A stretch of 64,000 nucleotides of DNA from Candidatus Poribacteria bacterium (lineage in GTDB: Bacteria; Poribacteria; WGA-4E; WGA-3G), in assembly GCA_963663765.2 (NCBI GenBank), contig CAXXUA010000006.1, forward strand, positions 288,001 through 352,000, written 5' to 3'. Of the stretch, positions 10,937-21,276 are shown in pieces. The notes under the pieces were generated by a model. The model was not told the DNA's origin, did no database searches, and saw nothing but the letters and a program-made list of their open reading frames with translations. Within the stretch, counting starts at the first letter, position 1; each line of letters starts with the position of its first letter. Position numbers and translations under genes: made by a program.

Positions 10937-11960
10937 GGGCGGGGAGACCCCGCCCCTACGCACAGTAACCAAAACTTTACACACCCAATTTTATCTTGTA
11001 GAAGTTGATTATTCAACAGAACGTCTATTTTTCTACGAGTTTCGTATATTCGTGAAACTGGTGAAAATGCTGCACTCCAGCGGAGTGCTATGTTTATAGA
11101 AAACGGACTATCCACATGCTTTCACTCCAGCGGAGTGCTATGTGCGGATCTCACATACCGCTCCGCTGGAGCGGGGATGTGGACTGACAATGTGACTATA
11201 AACATATTGCTCCGCTGGAGCAAAGAAAGTTCCGTTTTGGTCATTATGTCTTGATTTGGTAACATAAGCGGTGAACCATTTTCTTATCAACACATGTTGG
11301 AAGAAAATTGTCCAAACTACCTTATACGTTAAGTAACTTTCATCGACAGATAATTCTCAAAACTGAATAACCCTAAATGTCAAATCAGATGCATTCAATT
11401 GTCACGGAGTATCTTTGTTGAAGGACATTTCAACAATAGAATCCCACTTGATTATACATCAATTCTATTGTTCTCAAATCATAAAACACAACATACCCAC
11501 ACCACCATAAGGTATAATAACATGAGTATGATAATTAACTGGACGGTGCAAATTGAACAGAGAACGGGTATATTTGTTGAAAAAGATCGTTATTTTGGCG
11601 TTTTTAACCCCCACGTTCCCATACGCTATCGCTATGGGAACCCTTCCCCCTTATTAAGGGGACTTTAAGAAGATACGTGGAAGTCCTAACTATTTATCAA
11701 ACTCACGTTATACTACAAGAGTACATTTCGACAATTGAATGCTTCTGAATGTCTATATTTTTAATATTGACAAGAAATCTAAATGTAAGTTAAATGTAGA
11801 ATCTACTATCATATTGAAGATTTATTTTCATGGTTCCTATGATATTTTATGTCAAAAACTTTACACACCAATGAAATATAATATAAGTTTATTCGTTTTA
11901 ATTTATAGTGTAGATGCTTACTTGATTTTATTTTCACTATACTCTCATAAGGAACATGAT

Positions 11961-14789
11961 ATGACACCAAGCGAAGAACCAAAAAAGTTATACATTATTG
12001 ATACATTAGCAGAGATTTTTCGTGCATTTTATTCCATACAAACCAGATTAGTCAGTGCTGTGACTGGTGAACCGACCAATGCAATCTTCGGTTTCACTGG
12101 AACATTGATGAAACTATTAACTGACTACAAAGCAGAATACATTATTGCTGCGATTGATATGCCCGGTGATACCTTCCGCAACGAAATGTATGAAGAATAT
12201 AAGGGACATCGCAGAACTCCACCAGATGACCTTGTCACACAAATTCCAAGAATACAACAGATACTTGAAACCTTTCAAATACCAGTAATTGGTCAACCCG
12301 ATTTAGAAGCAGACGATATAATTGCTTCTGTCACACAACACGTTTTGGATTCTCCAGATACACAAGATGTACATGTTAGTATAATCTCTAAAGACAAAGA
12401 CCTTGAGCAACTACTGTGTGATAGAGTAACGATGTTTGATATCCGTAATGAAAAGACTATTGATGTTGCGTCATTGTGGGAAGATAAAGGTATTAAACCC
12501 GATCAGGTTATTGATGTTCTCGCTTTGATGGGTGATACTTCTGATAATATACCTGGCGTGGAAGGTATTGGATTGAAAACCGCAGCGAAGTTAATCCAAG
12601 AATTTGGTTCGATTGAAAACATCTATGCAAATATAGACCAGATAAAGGGGAAACGTAGAGAGAATTTGGAGAAAGCCCAAGAGTATATATCCTTATCTCA
12701 AAAACTTGTAACCCTAAGGTATGATGCTGATCTGGATTTTTCATTGGAACAGGCACGGTTCAAACCGCCCGATCTTAGTAAAATCACACCACTGTTTGAG
12801 CAACTTGAACTAAATAGATTTCAAAAGTCTATTGCTGAACTTGCATCAGGTAGCGATGCTACGGATCAGGTAAAAGCAGAAGTGAAGACGACAAGAAAAG
12901 AACGATTAGAAGCAATGGAACAGCAGAAAGATGCTATTCTGGAGGAAGGCAATTTCACGACAGCTGAAACAGCAGACTACTCTGCAATTACAACAGAAGA
13001 ACAATTGAAATCACTTGTTGAAATACTAACAAAGCAACCAATAATTGCGGTTGATACCGAAACAGATGGGTTATATCGTAATTCAGCATTGTGTGGAATT
13101 AGTTTTTCATGGGAACAACATCAAGGAGTCTATGTTCCTGTTCGCTCTCCTAATCCCAACAAGCATTTGGATGAGGATACAGTCGTTTCACATCTCAAAC
13201 CGATATTGGAAAATCCTGATTTACCTAAATGTGGACACAACCTAAAGTTTGATGCAAGTATCTTCATTAGACATGGTATTCAACTACAAGGTGTTGTTTT
13301 TGATACGATGTTGGCTAGTCAGCTTGTTGACCCACGACAACCCTCACATAATCTGGATAACCTTGCTCTTTTACATTTAAATCATAAGATGATTCCGATT
13401 TCAAAATTACTCGGTGAAGGAGAAAACTCTACATCCATTGATAGAATCCCTTTTGAAGAGGTCACACAATACGCTTCCGAAGATACGGATATTGCACTAC
13501 AACTCTATCACTATTTCAAACCGAAACTGAAGGAAACGGATACGGCAGAATTGGTTAGGGAGATTGAGTCACCACTTGCTCCAGTGCTTGCTCTAATGGA
13601 GTTTAATGGAATCGTATGTGACACAGAGGAATTGCAACGACAGAGCAAAGTGATTGAGAATTTGGTGAATGAACGCGAGAAAGAAATTCATGATATTGTC
13701 GGTTACTCATTTAACATTGATTCACCCACGCAATTAGCGGATATTCTGTTTGATGAAATTGGATTCAAACCTGTGAGACGTACCAAGAGTGGTAAACGAT
13801 CAACTGATGTTAATGTATTAGAAACACTTGCGTTATCAGAAGATATTAATGATCCTAAGAGTACGGTGCCAGGTAAAATTGTTGAGTACCGTCAATACCG
13901 GAAACTCCAAAGTACATATTTGGGACAGTTGAGACATTCCGTAAATTCTGACACACGCCGTATTCACACACACCTATATCAATTGACAACAGCGACGGGA
14001 CGTTTAAAATCTGATAGTCCAAATCTACAAAATATCCCTGTTCGGACAGAAATTGGACGACAATTAAGACGTGCATTTAGATCTCCGGATGGACATAAAT
14101 TGATCTGTGCAGATTATTCACAAGTTGAGCTCCGCATCCTCGCTCATTTTAGTAAAGATGAAAAACTGATTGATATATTCACTCAAGACATGGATATCCA
14201 TACATCTGTTGCTGCTGAAGTCTTTGGTGTAGCCCACGATGAAGTATCGCGTGAACTGCGAGATAAAGCAAAAACCATCAATTTCGGTATTATCTATGGT
14301 GTCTCACCATCGGGATTGGCGAGACGGATTCAAGGCATGAAAGTAGATGAAGCGCGAGAGTTGATAACGGATTACAAGGAACGTTTCCCAGGTATTAATA
14401 CTTTTCTGCATCGATGTGTACAACAAGCGTTAGATCAAGGGTATGTATCAACGTTAACAGGACGACGTCGTGCTATACCTGAGATCTTTGAATCGTCCCA
14501 TAGTCGTAGAAGTTTGGGTGAACGTCTTGCGATTAATACGGTAATTCAAGGTACTGCAGCAGATCTGATAAAAGCAGCGATGGTGAAAGTTCAACACCGT
14601 ATTGACCGCGACGCACTTCCTATCAAGATGTTACTGCAAATTCATGATGAGTTGATCTTTGAAACACCGAAAGAATTAGCAGAAACACATGCAGAAATAG
14701 TATCAAAAGAGATGGAAAATGCAATGTTACTTCGAGTCCCTCTTCGAACAGAAACAGGGATCGGTGATAATTGGATGGAAGCGAAATAA
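11961..14789 (+). CDS. polA: DNA polymerase I
   Basis: 5'-3' exonuclease (LMGDTSDNIPGVEGIG), 3'-5' exonuclease (AVDTET), motifs ADYSQVELRILAH, KTINFGIIYG, LQIHDEL; start moved to 11961 (AAGGA RBS). Confidence 0.97.
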   Translation: MTPSEEPKKLYIIDTLAEIFRAFYSIQTRLVSAVTGEPTNAIFGFTGTLMKLLTDYKAEYIIAAIDMPGDTFRNEMYEEYKGHRRTPPDDLVTQIPRIQQILETFQIPVIGQPDLEADDIIASVTQHVLDSPDTQDVHVSIISKDKDLEQLLCDRVTMFDIRNEKTIDVASLWEDKGIKPDQVIDVLALMGDTSDNIPGVEGIGLKTAAKLIQEFGSIENIYANIDQIKGKRRENLEKAQEYISLSQKLVTLRYDADLDFSLEQARFKPPDLSKITPLFEQLELNRFQKSIAELASGSDATDQVKAEVKTTRKERLEAMEQQKDAILEEGNFTTAETADYSAITTEEQLKSLVEILTKQPIIAVDTETDGLYRNSALCGISFSWEQHQGVYVPVRSPNPNKHLDEDTVVSHLKPILENPDLPKCGHNLKFDASIFIRHGIQLQGVVFDTMLASQLVDPRQPSHNLDNLALLHLNHKMIPISKLLGEGENSTSIDRIPFEEVTQYASEDTDIALQLYHYFKPKLKETDTAELVREIESPLAPVLALMEFNGIVCDTEELQRQSKVIENLVNEREKEIHDIVGYSFNIDSPTQLADILFDEIGFKPVRRTKSGKRSTDVNVLETLALSEDINDPKSTVPGKIVEYRQYRKLQSTYLGQLRHSVNSDTRRIHTHLYQLTTATGRLKSDSPNLQNIPVRTEIGRQLRRAFRSPDGHKLICADYSQVELRILAHFSKDEKLIDIFTQDMDIHTSVAAEVFGVAHDEVSRELRDKAKTINFGIIYGVSPSGLARRIQGMKVDEARELITDYKERFPGINTFLHRCVQQALDQGYVSTLTGRRRAIPEIFESSHSRRSLGERLAINTVIQGTAADLIKAAMVKVQHRIDRDALPIKMLLQIHDELIFETPKELAETHAEIVSKEMENAMLLRVPLRTETGIGDNWMEAK

Positions 14790-14810
14790 GAATATAAAGT
14801 AAATTCAAAT

Positions 14811-14839
14811 TTGACAATTTTAAATATTTATAGTATCAT
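14811..14839 (+). promoter_or_regulatory. Sigma70-type promoter upstream of the RRM gene
   Basis: TTGACA-17 bp-TATCAT. Confidence 0.55.
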
Positions 14840-15082
14840 GTTAACGTTTGGGAAATGTGACGGTGTCTGCGAAGAACGATATACGTAGTATTTTGACAGT
14901 TTTACAGTTTGGAACCAGAAGCATTCTTGAAGATTGTATTGCGGCTTCCGACAAAGATTGATGAAAATCCCGAGTTCATTTTTACCAATCTTTGCACTGC
15001 CAAATGTCTGCCTATAGAACATGCTGACAGTACTCAGTTTTCTCACATTCCCGTTTATTTCAATATTAAAAGGAGAAACGAG

Positions 15083-15370
15083 ATGAACATCTACGTTGGC
15101 AATGTGCCCTATGCAGCAACAGAGACTGACTTGGAAGAAATTTTTGAGCCGCATGGACCGCTCACCTCAGTAACAATTATCCGCGACCGTTATGATGGTC
15201 GTTCTAAAGGATATGGGTTTGTAGAGATGGAAAACCAAGAAGATGGCGAACGTGCAATTGAAGCTCTTGACGGTCAAGAGATAATGGGACGTCCATTGAA
15301 AGTCAATCCCGCACGTCCCCGTGAAAGGCGACCTGAACCCAGATATCAAAATCGTTACGAAGAAGAATAG
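15083..15370 (+). CDS. RNA-binding protein (single RRM domain)
   Basis: MNIYVGNVPY (RNP2), RSKGYGFVEM (RNP1), GRPLKVNPARP; AAGGAG RBS. Confidence 0.93.
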   Translation: MNIYVGNVPYAATETDLEEIFEPHGPLTSVTIIRDRYDGRSKGYGFVEMENQEDGERAIEALDGQEIMGRPLKVNPARPRERRPEPRYQNRYEEE

Positions 15371-15421
15371 TAGCATTCTGTGAGATATTTCTAATATTTT
15401 TAGAAATACTAAGCGGATTAC

Positions 15422-15459
15422 AATACTCCTGTTGTTTACAACGGGAGTATTTCTGTTTT
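15422..15459. terminator. Intrinsic terminator between convergent genes
   Basis: Hairpin AATACTCCTGTTG-ttta-CAACGGGAGTATT followed by T-rich run. Confidence 0.6.
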
Positions 15460-15492
15460 AAAGGTCTATACCTATTGGGTACAACCCGAATT

Positions 15493-17346
15493 CTACACAC
15501 TCATACCGAGTTCCTTACTCAGTTCTATAATACGTGCGTTGATCTTTGTCTTGTCAATCCTATTTTCAGAAACAAATTCTTGATATGGCGGTGGGATTCT
15601 GTCTGGTATCATTGCACGAGAATTTGCTTCCTGCATTGCGAGTAGAGCCATAAACATTTGCATCTCACGTGAATAGTCCGGCATATAATCTGCTACTGCT
15701 TCGCGCAAATCTTCCTCATTGAATGTATTTCGTTTTTTTCGCTTCGCTATATTATGGCTGCGTTGTGCAATTTGTGCAAGGTCATTAACGGTCACTCCAC
15801 GTAATTTTTGTTCTCTTGAAATTTCTTGAAAGTTTATATTTTCACGTGTGTGGAACCGACAGAAAAACTGCAAAATATTTGCACGACTGTCACGTACAGG
15901 GGGTAAAAGGACTAATTTATGACTGAAAATATCGGAACGGCGGAATATTGGTGGAATTAGATCTGGACGACTTGAGGATCCAATCCATATTACCTGACCG
16001 TGTTGTGTAGCATCACTGATGGCATTTGTAAGAATTGCTGGAAATCCGCGTTCAGTATCACCAGAATTCATACTTGATTGCGGTGCAGAACGTTCAATTT
16101 CATCCATAAAAACTACAACAGGGGCAAGGCCACGAATGAAACTTATAGCGGAATTTAGGTTTCTGTCATAGTTATTACCGTTCTCATTTATATTGATTGT
16201 AATCTCACTTACTTGACTTGCATAACGAAGCTGAATAAATGCCATGTTTGTCTGTCCTGCTAACATACGAGCTGCAAAGATATTTCCATTACCAGAGGGA
16301 CCAAGAATCAACAAACCGCGTGGTACACGTCTCATATCTTGTTCTTTCAAACCATCAGCTATATCCTCTATCACTCTTGTAACATGGGGTGACCAATGTT
16401 GTCTTGGATTATTAATGGGTTCATTGACTTCAATAATACCGTGACTGAAAGTTTTTACACTTTCACGTCGATAATTTGCAAGGAGTCGTCCCTCAGGTTT
16501 CTGTTTTTCTGATGCTGCATGCCGCACTAAATCGTGAATTCCGAACAGATTTAAACCCGCAGTTTCTCGTGCTAATGCTTGCTTGTCACGATTATTCCCA
16601 AGGTTCAATTCCACTTTTACTTTCTCATCAGGAGAATCTTCTTGTAAGATTTCCTGTGGTATTTTACTCATGTGTTGAATAAATTTCAGGCGTTCATCGT
16701 AATCTGGAAATGGTATTTCTACGACAGGTATTTCTTGATTTGAAAGGAAATTTGGATGAATATCAAGTGTATTTTGTGCTACAAGTAAGATGATATGCTT
16801 TTTTCTTCTAATATCCAGATTTGAAGCCCAATTCTGGAGTCTATGGAAAAAAATCTGTAGATTGTCCTTTGCACCCGTATCAAGGAATGGGTCGTTGGGA
16901 GAAATCTGTTCAAGATGATTAATTATCAAACCGACTCTGACTCTATCTTGCTTGAACAACTCGTTTATTCTATTTGCTAAGTCTTTCGTAGGTAATGGAT
17001 CAGTTCCCAAAAATGGATCTTTATGAAGTTCGTGGGTGTTTACTTGAGAATTTATTCTTTTGCGTTCTTCAGTCGGTTCCGGTAATTTATATTCTTCTGG
17101 AACCAGACCTAAAATGCGTTGAGTTTGTAGCCAGTGGTTGACATGGGGCCACAAGAATCCTTCAGTTGCATTGTATCTGATTACAATTTGACACCCGAGT
17201 ACGTTTAGTTGTTCCATCAGAAATTCCATTGCTGGAAGGTAACCGAATATTTCGTCATGTAGCAAATCATTCACGTTAAAATGCAGTAAAAATTGGTGTG
17301 CAGCTGAGACTTTGTATTGTGCTTCTATTCTATCCCAAAACATCAT
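15493..17346 (-). CDS. AAA+ ATPase-family protein with degenerate Walker A
   Basis: PRGLLILGPSGNGNIF (Lys missing), Walker B VVVFMDEIE, SRH-like GSSSRPDLIPPIFRR. Confidence 0.75.
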   Translation of the reverse strand: MMFWDRIEAQYKVSAAHQFLLHFNVNDLLHDEIFGYLPAMEFLMEQLNVLGCQIVIRYNATEGFLWPHVNHWLQTQRILGLVPEEYKLPEPTEERKRINSQVNTHELHKDPFLGTDPLPTKDLANRINELFKQDRVRVGLIINHLEQISPNDPFLDTGAKDNLQIFFHRLQNWASNLDIRRKKHIILLVAQNTLDIHPNFLSNQEIPVVEIPFPDYDERLKFIQHMSKIPQEILQEDSPDEKVKVELNLGNNRDKQALARETAGLNLFGIHDLVRHAASEKQKPEGRLLANYRRESVKTFSHGIIEVNEPINNPRQHWSPHVTRVIEDIADGLKEQDMRRVPRGLLILGPSGNGNIFAARMLAGQTNMAFIQLRYASQVSEITININENGNNYDRNLNSAISFIRGLAPVVVFMDEIERSAPQSSMNSGDTERGFPAILTNAISDATQHGQVIWIGSSSRPDLIPPIFRRSDIFSHKLVLLPPVRDSRANILQFFCRFHTRENINFQEISREQKLRGVTVNDLAQIAQRSHNIAKRKKRNTFNEEDLREAVADYMPDYSREMQMFMALLAMQEANSRAMIPDRIPPPYQEFVSENRIDKTKINARIIELSKELGMSV

Positions 17347-17461
17347 TTTCTCCAGAATAACTCTTTGTTAATGCTATTTTCAATTAATCAATATGATTGG
17401 AATTTTTATGCTTTATCTGTATATAGAATACCATATTACCTTTACACAAGTCAAATGATTC

Positions 17462-17582
17462 CAAGGTTTTTCAGTTTTAGGTATTTTACCTGTTTCCTGA
17501 GAAAATCGCGACCAGGAGGTTGCTCCTACCGCGTGGTTATTTTTTAAAAAAATTCAAACATTAGGAAAACTGAATAACCCAA
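17462..17582. mobile_element. Short-form M1 MITE (degenerate) carrying a GTAGGAGCGACC-type REP
   Basis: Similar to 56506-56627; flanking AAATGATTC / AAATGATTT duplication. Confidence 0.6.
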
Positions 17583-17680
17583 AAATGATTTAGGTATGGT
17601 TTTTCAGTATTAGGTATTCTCTTCGAATGTTTTTCACCTGCTGTATACCCAGGCTGGTAGGAGTATTTTCCTAACCGCAC

Positions 17681-18703
17681 CATAAGCGTCAATTTAAGGA
17701 TTTTGACCTCTTGTGGGAGGGGTTTTCAACCCCGATTATAGTAAGACATATAATTATTTGGACAATTTGTAGCACAAACTCTATGATGATTAATTTATTA
17801 ATTCGGTAATAAATTTTTCTCACACGGTAGGTGTGCTTTGTAAGCGCGCTGTTGAGACTTGATGTGCCAGCGCGCTTACAAAGCACCAAATCAACGGTAT
17901 GAATGCCATTTAGGCATTCCCCGTCTACCATCGGGGCGCGCTTACAAAGCACGCCTGCAGTTGGGGGGCGCGCTTACAAAACACGCCTGCAGGGAAGTGC
18001 AGTTAGGGGGCGCGCTTACAAAGCACGGCTTGCAGTTGGGGGGCGCGCTTACAAAGCACCAAATCAACGGTATGAATGCCATTTAGGCATTCCCCGTCTA
18101 CCATCGGGGCGCGCTTACAAAGCACCAAATCAACGGTATGAATGCCATTTAGGCATTCCCCGTCTACCATCGGGGCGCGCTTAAAAAGCACGCCTGCAGT
18201 TGGGGGGCGCGCTTACAAAGCACGCCTGCAGGGGAGTGCAGTTGGGGGCCGCGCTTACAAAGCACGCCTGCAGTTGGGGGGCGCGCTTACAAAGCACACC
18301 TGCAGTTGAGGGGCGCGCTTACAAAGCACGCCTGCAGTTGGGGGGCGCGCTTACAAAGCACGCCTGCAGGGGAGTGCAGGTGGGGGGTGCGCTTACAAAG
18401 CACGCCTGCAGTTGGGGGCGCGCTTACAAAGCACGCCTGCAGTGGGGGTATGCCTGCAGGTGAGGGCGGGGATGGCGCGCTTAAAAAGCACGCCTGCAGT
18501 TGGGGGGCGCGCTTACAAAGCACGCCTGCAGTGGGGGTATGCCTGCAGGTGAGGGCGGGGATGGCGCGCTTACAAAGCACCAAATCAACGGTATGAATGC
18601 CATTTAGGCATTCCCCGCCTGCAGTTTGGGAGCAGGTGGGGGGCGCGCTTACAAAGCACGCTTACCGTTGGGTGCGTAAGTCCTGCTTAAATTGACACCT
18701 ATG
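17681..18703. mobile_element. M5 MITE expanded by a REP array, 20-bp target duplication
   Basis: CATAAGCGTCAATTTAAG ... CTTAAATTGACACCTATG; GAGTATT(T/C)TCCTAACCGCAC at 17661-17680 and 18704-18723; internal tandem GGCGCGCTTACAAAGCACGCC repeats. Confidence 0.8.
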
Positions 18704-18888
18704 GAGTATTCTCCTAACCGCACCATAGCAGTGAATTTAAGAAATTGTTAGTATTTCATTCTGGGTATGGTTTTCAATCCCGATTTGAGGTGAAATATAC
18801 ATAAAAATCAGATTGACAATGGTGATAAATAATGATATTCTATATTTGCATGATAAAAATTATTGTATTGGAATATACGTATTGAGAT

Positions 18889-19536
18889 ATGGATAAGACA
18901 GGTATTTTTACCCCAATTACAGTTGGTGTAATGGGTGGTTCAGCTTCTGGGAAGACAACTTTTGCGAATGCTTTAGGAGAACTCCTGGCGGAATTCTCAC
19001 CTATTATTCTGCATCAAGACTCTTATTTTAGAGATTGGTCTGAATTCACAGCTGAGGAACGAGAACAGGTGATAACAGCAAACCATCCAGATGCTGTATG
19101 TTGGGATGTTCTTATAGCTGATTTAGAAAAACTTCGTTCTAACACTACAATTGAAATACCTGCACCTGGTACACGTGCTGCAAATCGTGGCGATGATCAA
19201 CAAACTATTCAACCTAGTGATGTCGTGATTGTAGAGGGACACCTTATCTTTTGGAATCAGGAATTACGTGAGTTGTTAGACATTAAACTTTACTTAGAAG
19301 TGGATGCGCATGAACGTGTGCTACGACGTATGCTCCGAGATGTCGGTACACGCAGTGCGAATCTTGAAAGTGCAATTGGTTGGTATCGCCGTGATGTCCT
19401 ACCAAATTATCCGATTTACACGGAACCGTGTAAGAAATACGCTGACCTTATTATCCCCTTCCTAAACGAAAATCCGATTGCATTGCAAACTGTTACAGCT
19501 GGAATCCGCACCCAACTGACCAAAAGAAATTGTTAG
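18889..19536 (+). CDS. udk: Uridine kinase family protein
   Basis: Walker A GGSASGKTT, QDSYF, HPDA, VIVEG, RVLRRMLRD, EPCKKYADLIIP; TTGACA-17-TATTCT at 18813-18841. Confidence 0.82.
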   Translation: MDKTGIFTPITVGVMGGSASGKTTFANALGELLAEFSPIILHQDSYFRDWSEFTAEEREQVITANHPDAVCWDVLIADLEKLRSNTTIEIPAPGTRAANRGDDQQTIQPSDVVIVEGHLIFWNQELRELLDIKLYLEVDAHERVLRRMLRDVGTRSANLESAIGWYRRDVLPNYPIYTEPCKKYADLIIPFLNENPIALQTVTAGIRTQLTKRNC

Positions 19537-19806
19537 AATTTTCATCTAATACCCTTACAATACACAATCAACTAATCAGTAGGTCTTTTTGGCATATTCA
19601 CTATTTCAAAATGGCAAATGTATGTCAATGTGGCATCCTTATATTCCTTAATCTCAGAAGTATAATTTTAGGATATTTTCTGTTAAGAGTTGGAATCACT
19701 ACCTATTGATTTCAATACCAAAGAGATGATTATTCCGCATCGGTATTGATGTGAGAAGTTGATTCCATACATTTCATCAACCCATTTGAGTATAATAATT
19801 TATTTT

Positions 19807-19884
19807 TGGCATACAATTTGCTAAATAAATATCAGAGATTGAGAAGGCATTACAAGTGTCTTGAACATCGGCATAGAATTTGCA
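19807..19884 (+). promoter_or_regulatory. Two sigma54-like (-24/-12) promoter motifs upstream of the Hsp20 cluster
   Basis: TGGCATACAATTTGCT (19807-19822) and CGGCATAGAATTTGCA (19869-19884), both with GG-N10-GC spacing. Confidence 0.6.
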
Positions 19885-19925
19885 TTTTATATTTCAGAAA
19901 ACTAATATATAAAGGAGAAAGAAAA

Positions 19926-20378
19926 ATGGCATATTTGACAACTCGCAAACCAATCGGAAATCTGTTCGGTCTACATAACGAAATGGGAAGACTATTTGGA
20001 GATCTACTGTCCTCTCAGGATGGAGATTCAAACACAGAAAATTCGTCTTGGATGCCTACGGTAGATATATCCGAAAATGAGAATGGTTTTGAAATTCATG
20101 CTGAACTCCCAGGTGTAACTGATAAGGATCTCAATGTTTCAGTAACCGACAACCTTCTGACAATAAAAGGAGAAAAACGGCAAGCGGAGAAAACAGAAGG
20201 TAAGAACTACCATCGTGTAGAAAGAAGGTATGGTAATTTCCAAAGAAGTTTCACACTGCCACGTCAAGTGAATACATCTGACATCAAGGCTGGATTTAAA
20301 GATGGTATTTTGACGTTATCAATCCCAACAGTTGAAGAAGCAATGCCGACTGAAATCCAGATCGCTACCAGTGAATAA
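19926..20378 (+). CDS. Small heat shock protein (Hsp20)
   Basis: WMPTVDISE, AELPGV, LTIKGEK, ERRYGNFQRSFTLP, FKDGILTLSIP; AAGGAG RBS. Confidence 0.93.
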   Translation: MAYLTTRKPIGNLFGLHNEMGRLFGDLLSSQDGDSNTENSSWMPTVDISENENGFEIHAELPGVTDKDLNVSVTDNLLTIKGEKRQAEKTEGKNYHRVERRYGNFQRSFTLPRQVNTSDIKAGFKDGILTLSIPTVEEAMPTEIQIATSE

Positions 20379-20468
20379 CAGGAAAACAATAGACATGCTT
20401 CGTATATTCTATATGTTCGAGGCATGTCCAATACACATAATTTTTCAAACAGAATAAGGAGTAAGACA

Positions 20469-20894
20469 ATGACATATATGACTTTAAGCAGACCTGTTCC
20501 GAAACCTTTCAAGTTCTACAACTCCATGCTTTCACCGTTTTATACACGTCCAGTAAAACAAACTCACAATTGGCAACCACATACGGACATTTCTGAAACT
20601 GAAGACGGATATGAAGTTAGGACAGAACTACCCGGTGTATCAAAAGACGATGTGCAAATCTCAGTCAAGGATAACTGTCTTACCATACAAGGTGAAAAAC
20701 GATGGGAAAATGGAGATGAATCAAAAGATTACCGTCGGATTGAACGTCAGTTTGGGAACTTTGAAAGGAGGTTTTCACTTCCCCCCAAAGTTGATGTTAA
20801 CAACATCACGGCTGAATATACAGATGGTGTTTTGACCTTATCTATACCAAAGCCTGAAGAAGTGAAACGGAAGGAAATTCCAATCGGTTACTGA
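20469..20894 (+). CDS. Small heat shock protein (Hsp20)
   Basis: WQPHTDISE, ELPGV, ERQFGNFERRFSLP, YTDGVLTLSIPK; AAGGAG RBS. Confidence 0.93.
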   Translation: MTYMTLSRPVPKPFKFYNSMLSPFYTRPVKQTHNWQPHTDISETEDGYEVRTELPGVSKDDVQISVKDNCLTIQGEKRWENGDESKDYRRIERQFGNFERRFSLPPKVDVNNITAEYTDGVLTLSIPKPEEVKRKEIPIGY

Positions 20895-20937
20895 TTAGGA
20901 GACAAGTGTTCAATAGTTTCTTACGTCACGGCAATAA

Positions 20938-20977
20938 CCAATAGGGTTGACATAGTCAAATATGTCAACCCTATTGG
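20938..20977 (+). terminator. Long hairpin after the second hsp20
   Basis: CCAATAGGGTTGACATA ... TATGTCAACCCTATTGG. Confidence 0.5.
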
Positions 20978-21025
20978 TGTTACCTGTTTATAGTAAATTA
21001 TGGAATTAATTACACACATGTACAG

Positions 21026-21100
21026 GTAGGAGCGACCTCCTGGTCGCGACCGTATAGAGACTAGGAATCAAATCATTCGCGACCGAGAGGTCGCTCCAAC
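21026..21100. repeat. Inverted pair of GTAGGAGCGACC-type REPs
   Basis: GTAGGAGCGACCTCCTGGTCGCGA and TCGCGACCGAGAGGTCGCTCCAAC. Confidence 0.7.
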
Positions 21101-21276
21101 CGAATACAAAAGGTAGAATAAATAGTTGACCTACCAAAGCAGCTAACTGAAAGCAATGTCCAATTATTTTCATATTTCACCATAGCAATCCATATATTAC
21201 GAACAATTATTGGTTTTAATGGTCAAACAAAATGAGTGAAGAAAACTAATAATAAAACAAGAGAAGGAGAAATTAG

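Larger units (their letters stand above)
9971..11320. mobile_element. M2 MITE containing nested MITEs M3, M4, M5 and REP arrays
   Basis: M2 ends plus inner element 9993-10986 (TIR GGGTGTATAAAGTTTT / AAAACTTTACACACCC, about 8-bp AT-rich duplication), absent from the M2 copy at 5634. Confidence 0.75.

Noticed and set aside
11739-11960. N-terminal extension of PolA, and similar extensions on the RRM, Hsp20 and WD40 ORFs
   Set aside because: AT-rich or repeat-derived upstream sequence; RBS and family N-termini point to downstream starts.
19800-19900. CIRCE (HrcA) operator before hsp20
   Set aside because: No TTAGCACTC-N9-GAGTGCTAA; the motifs fit sigma54 spacing instead.
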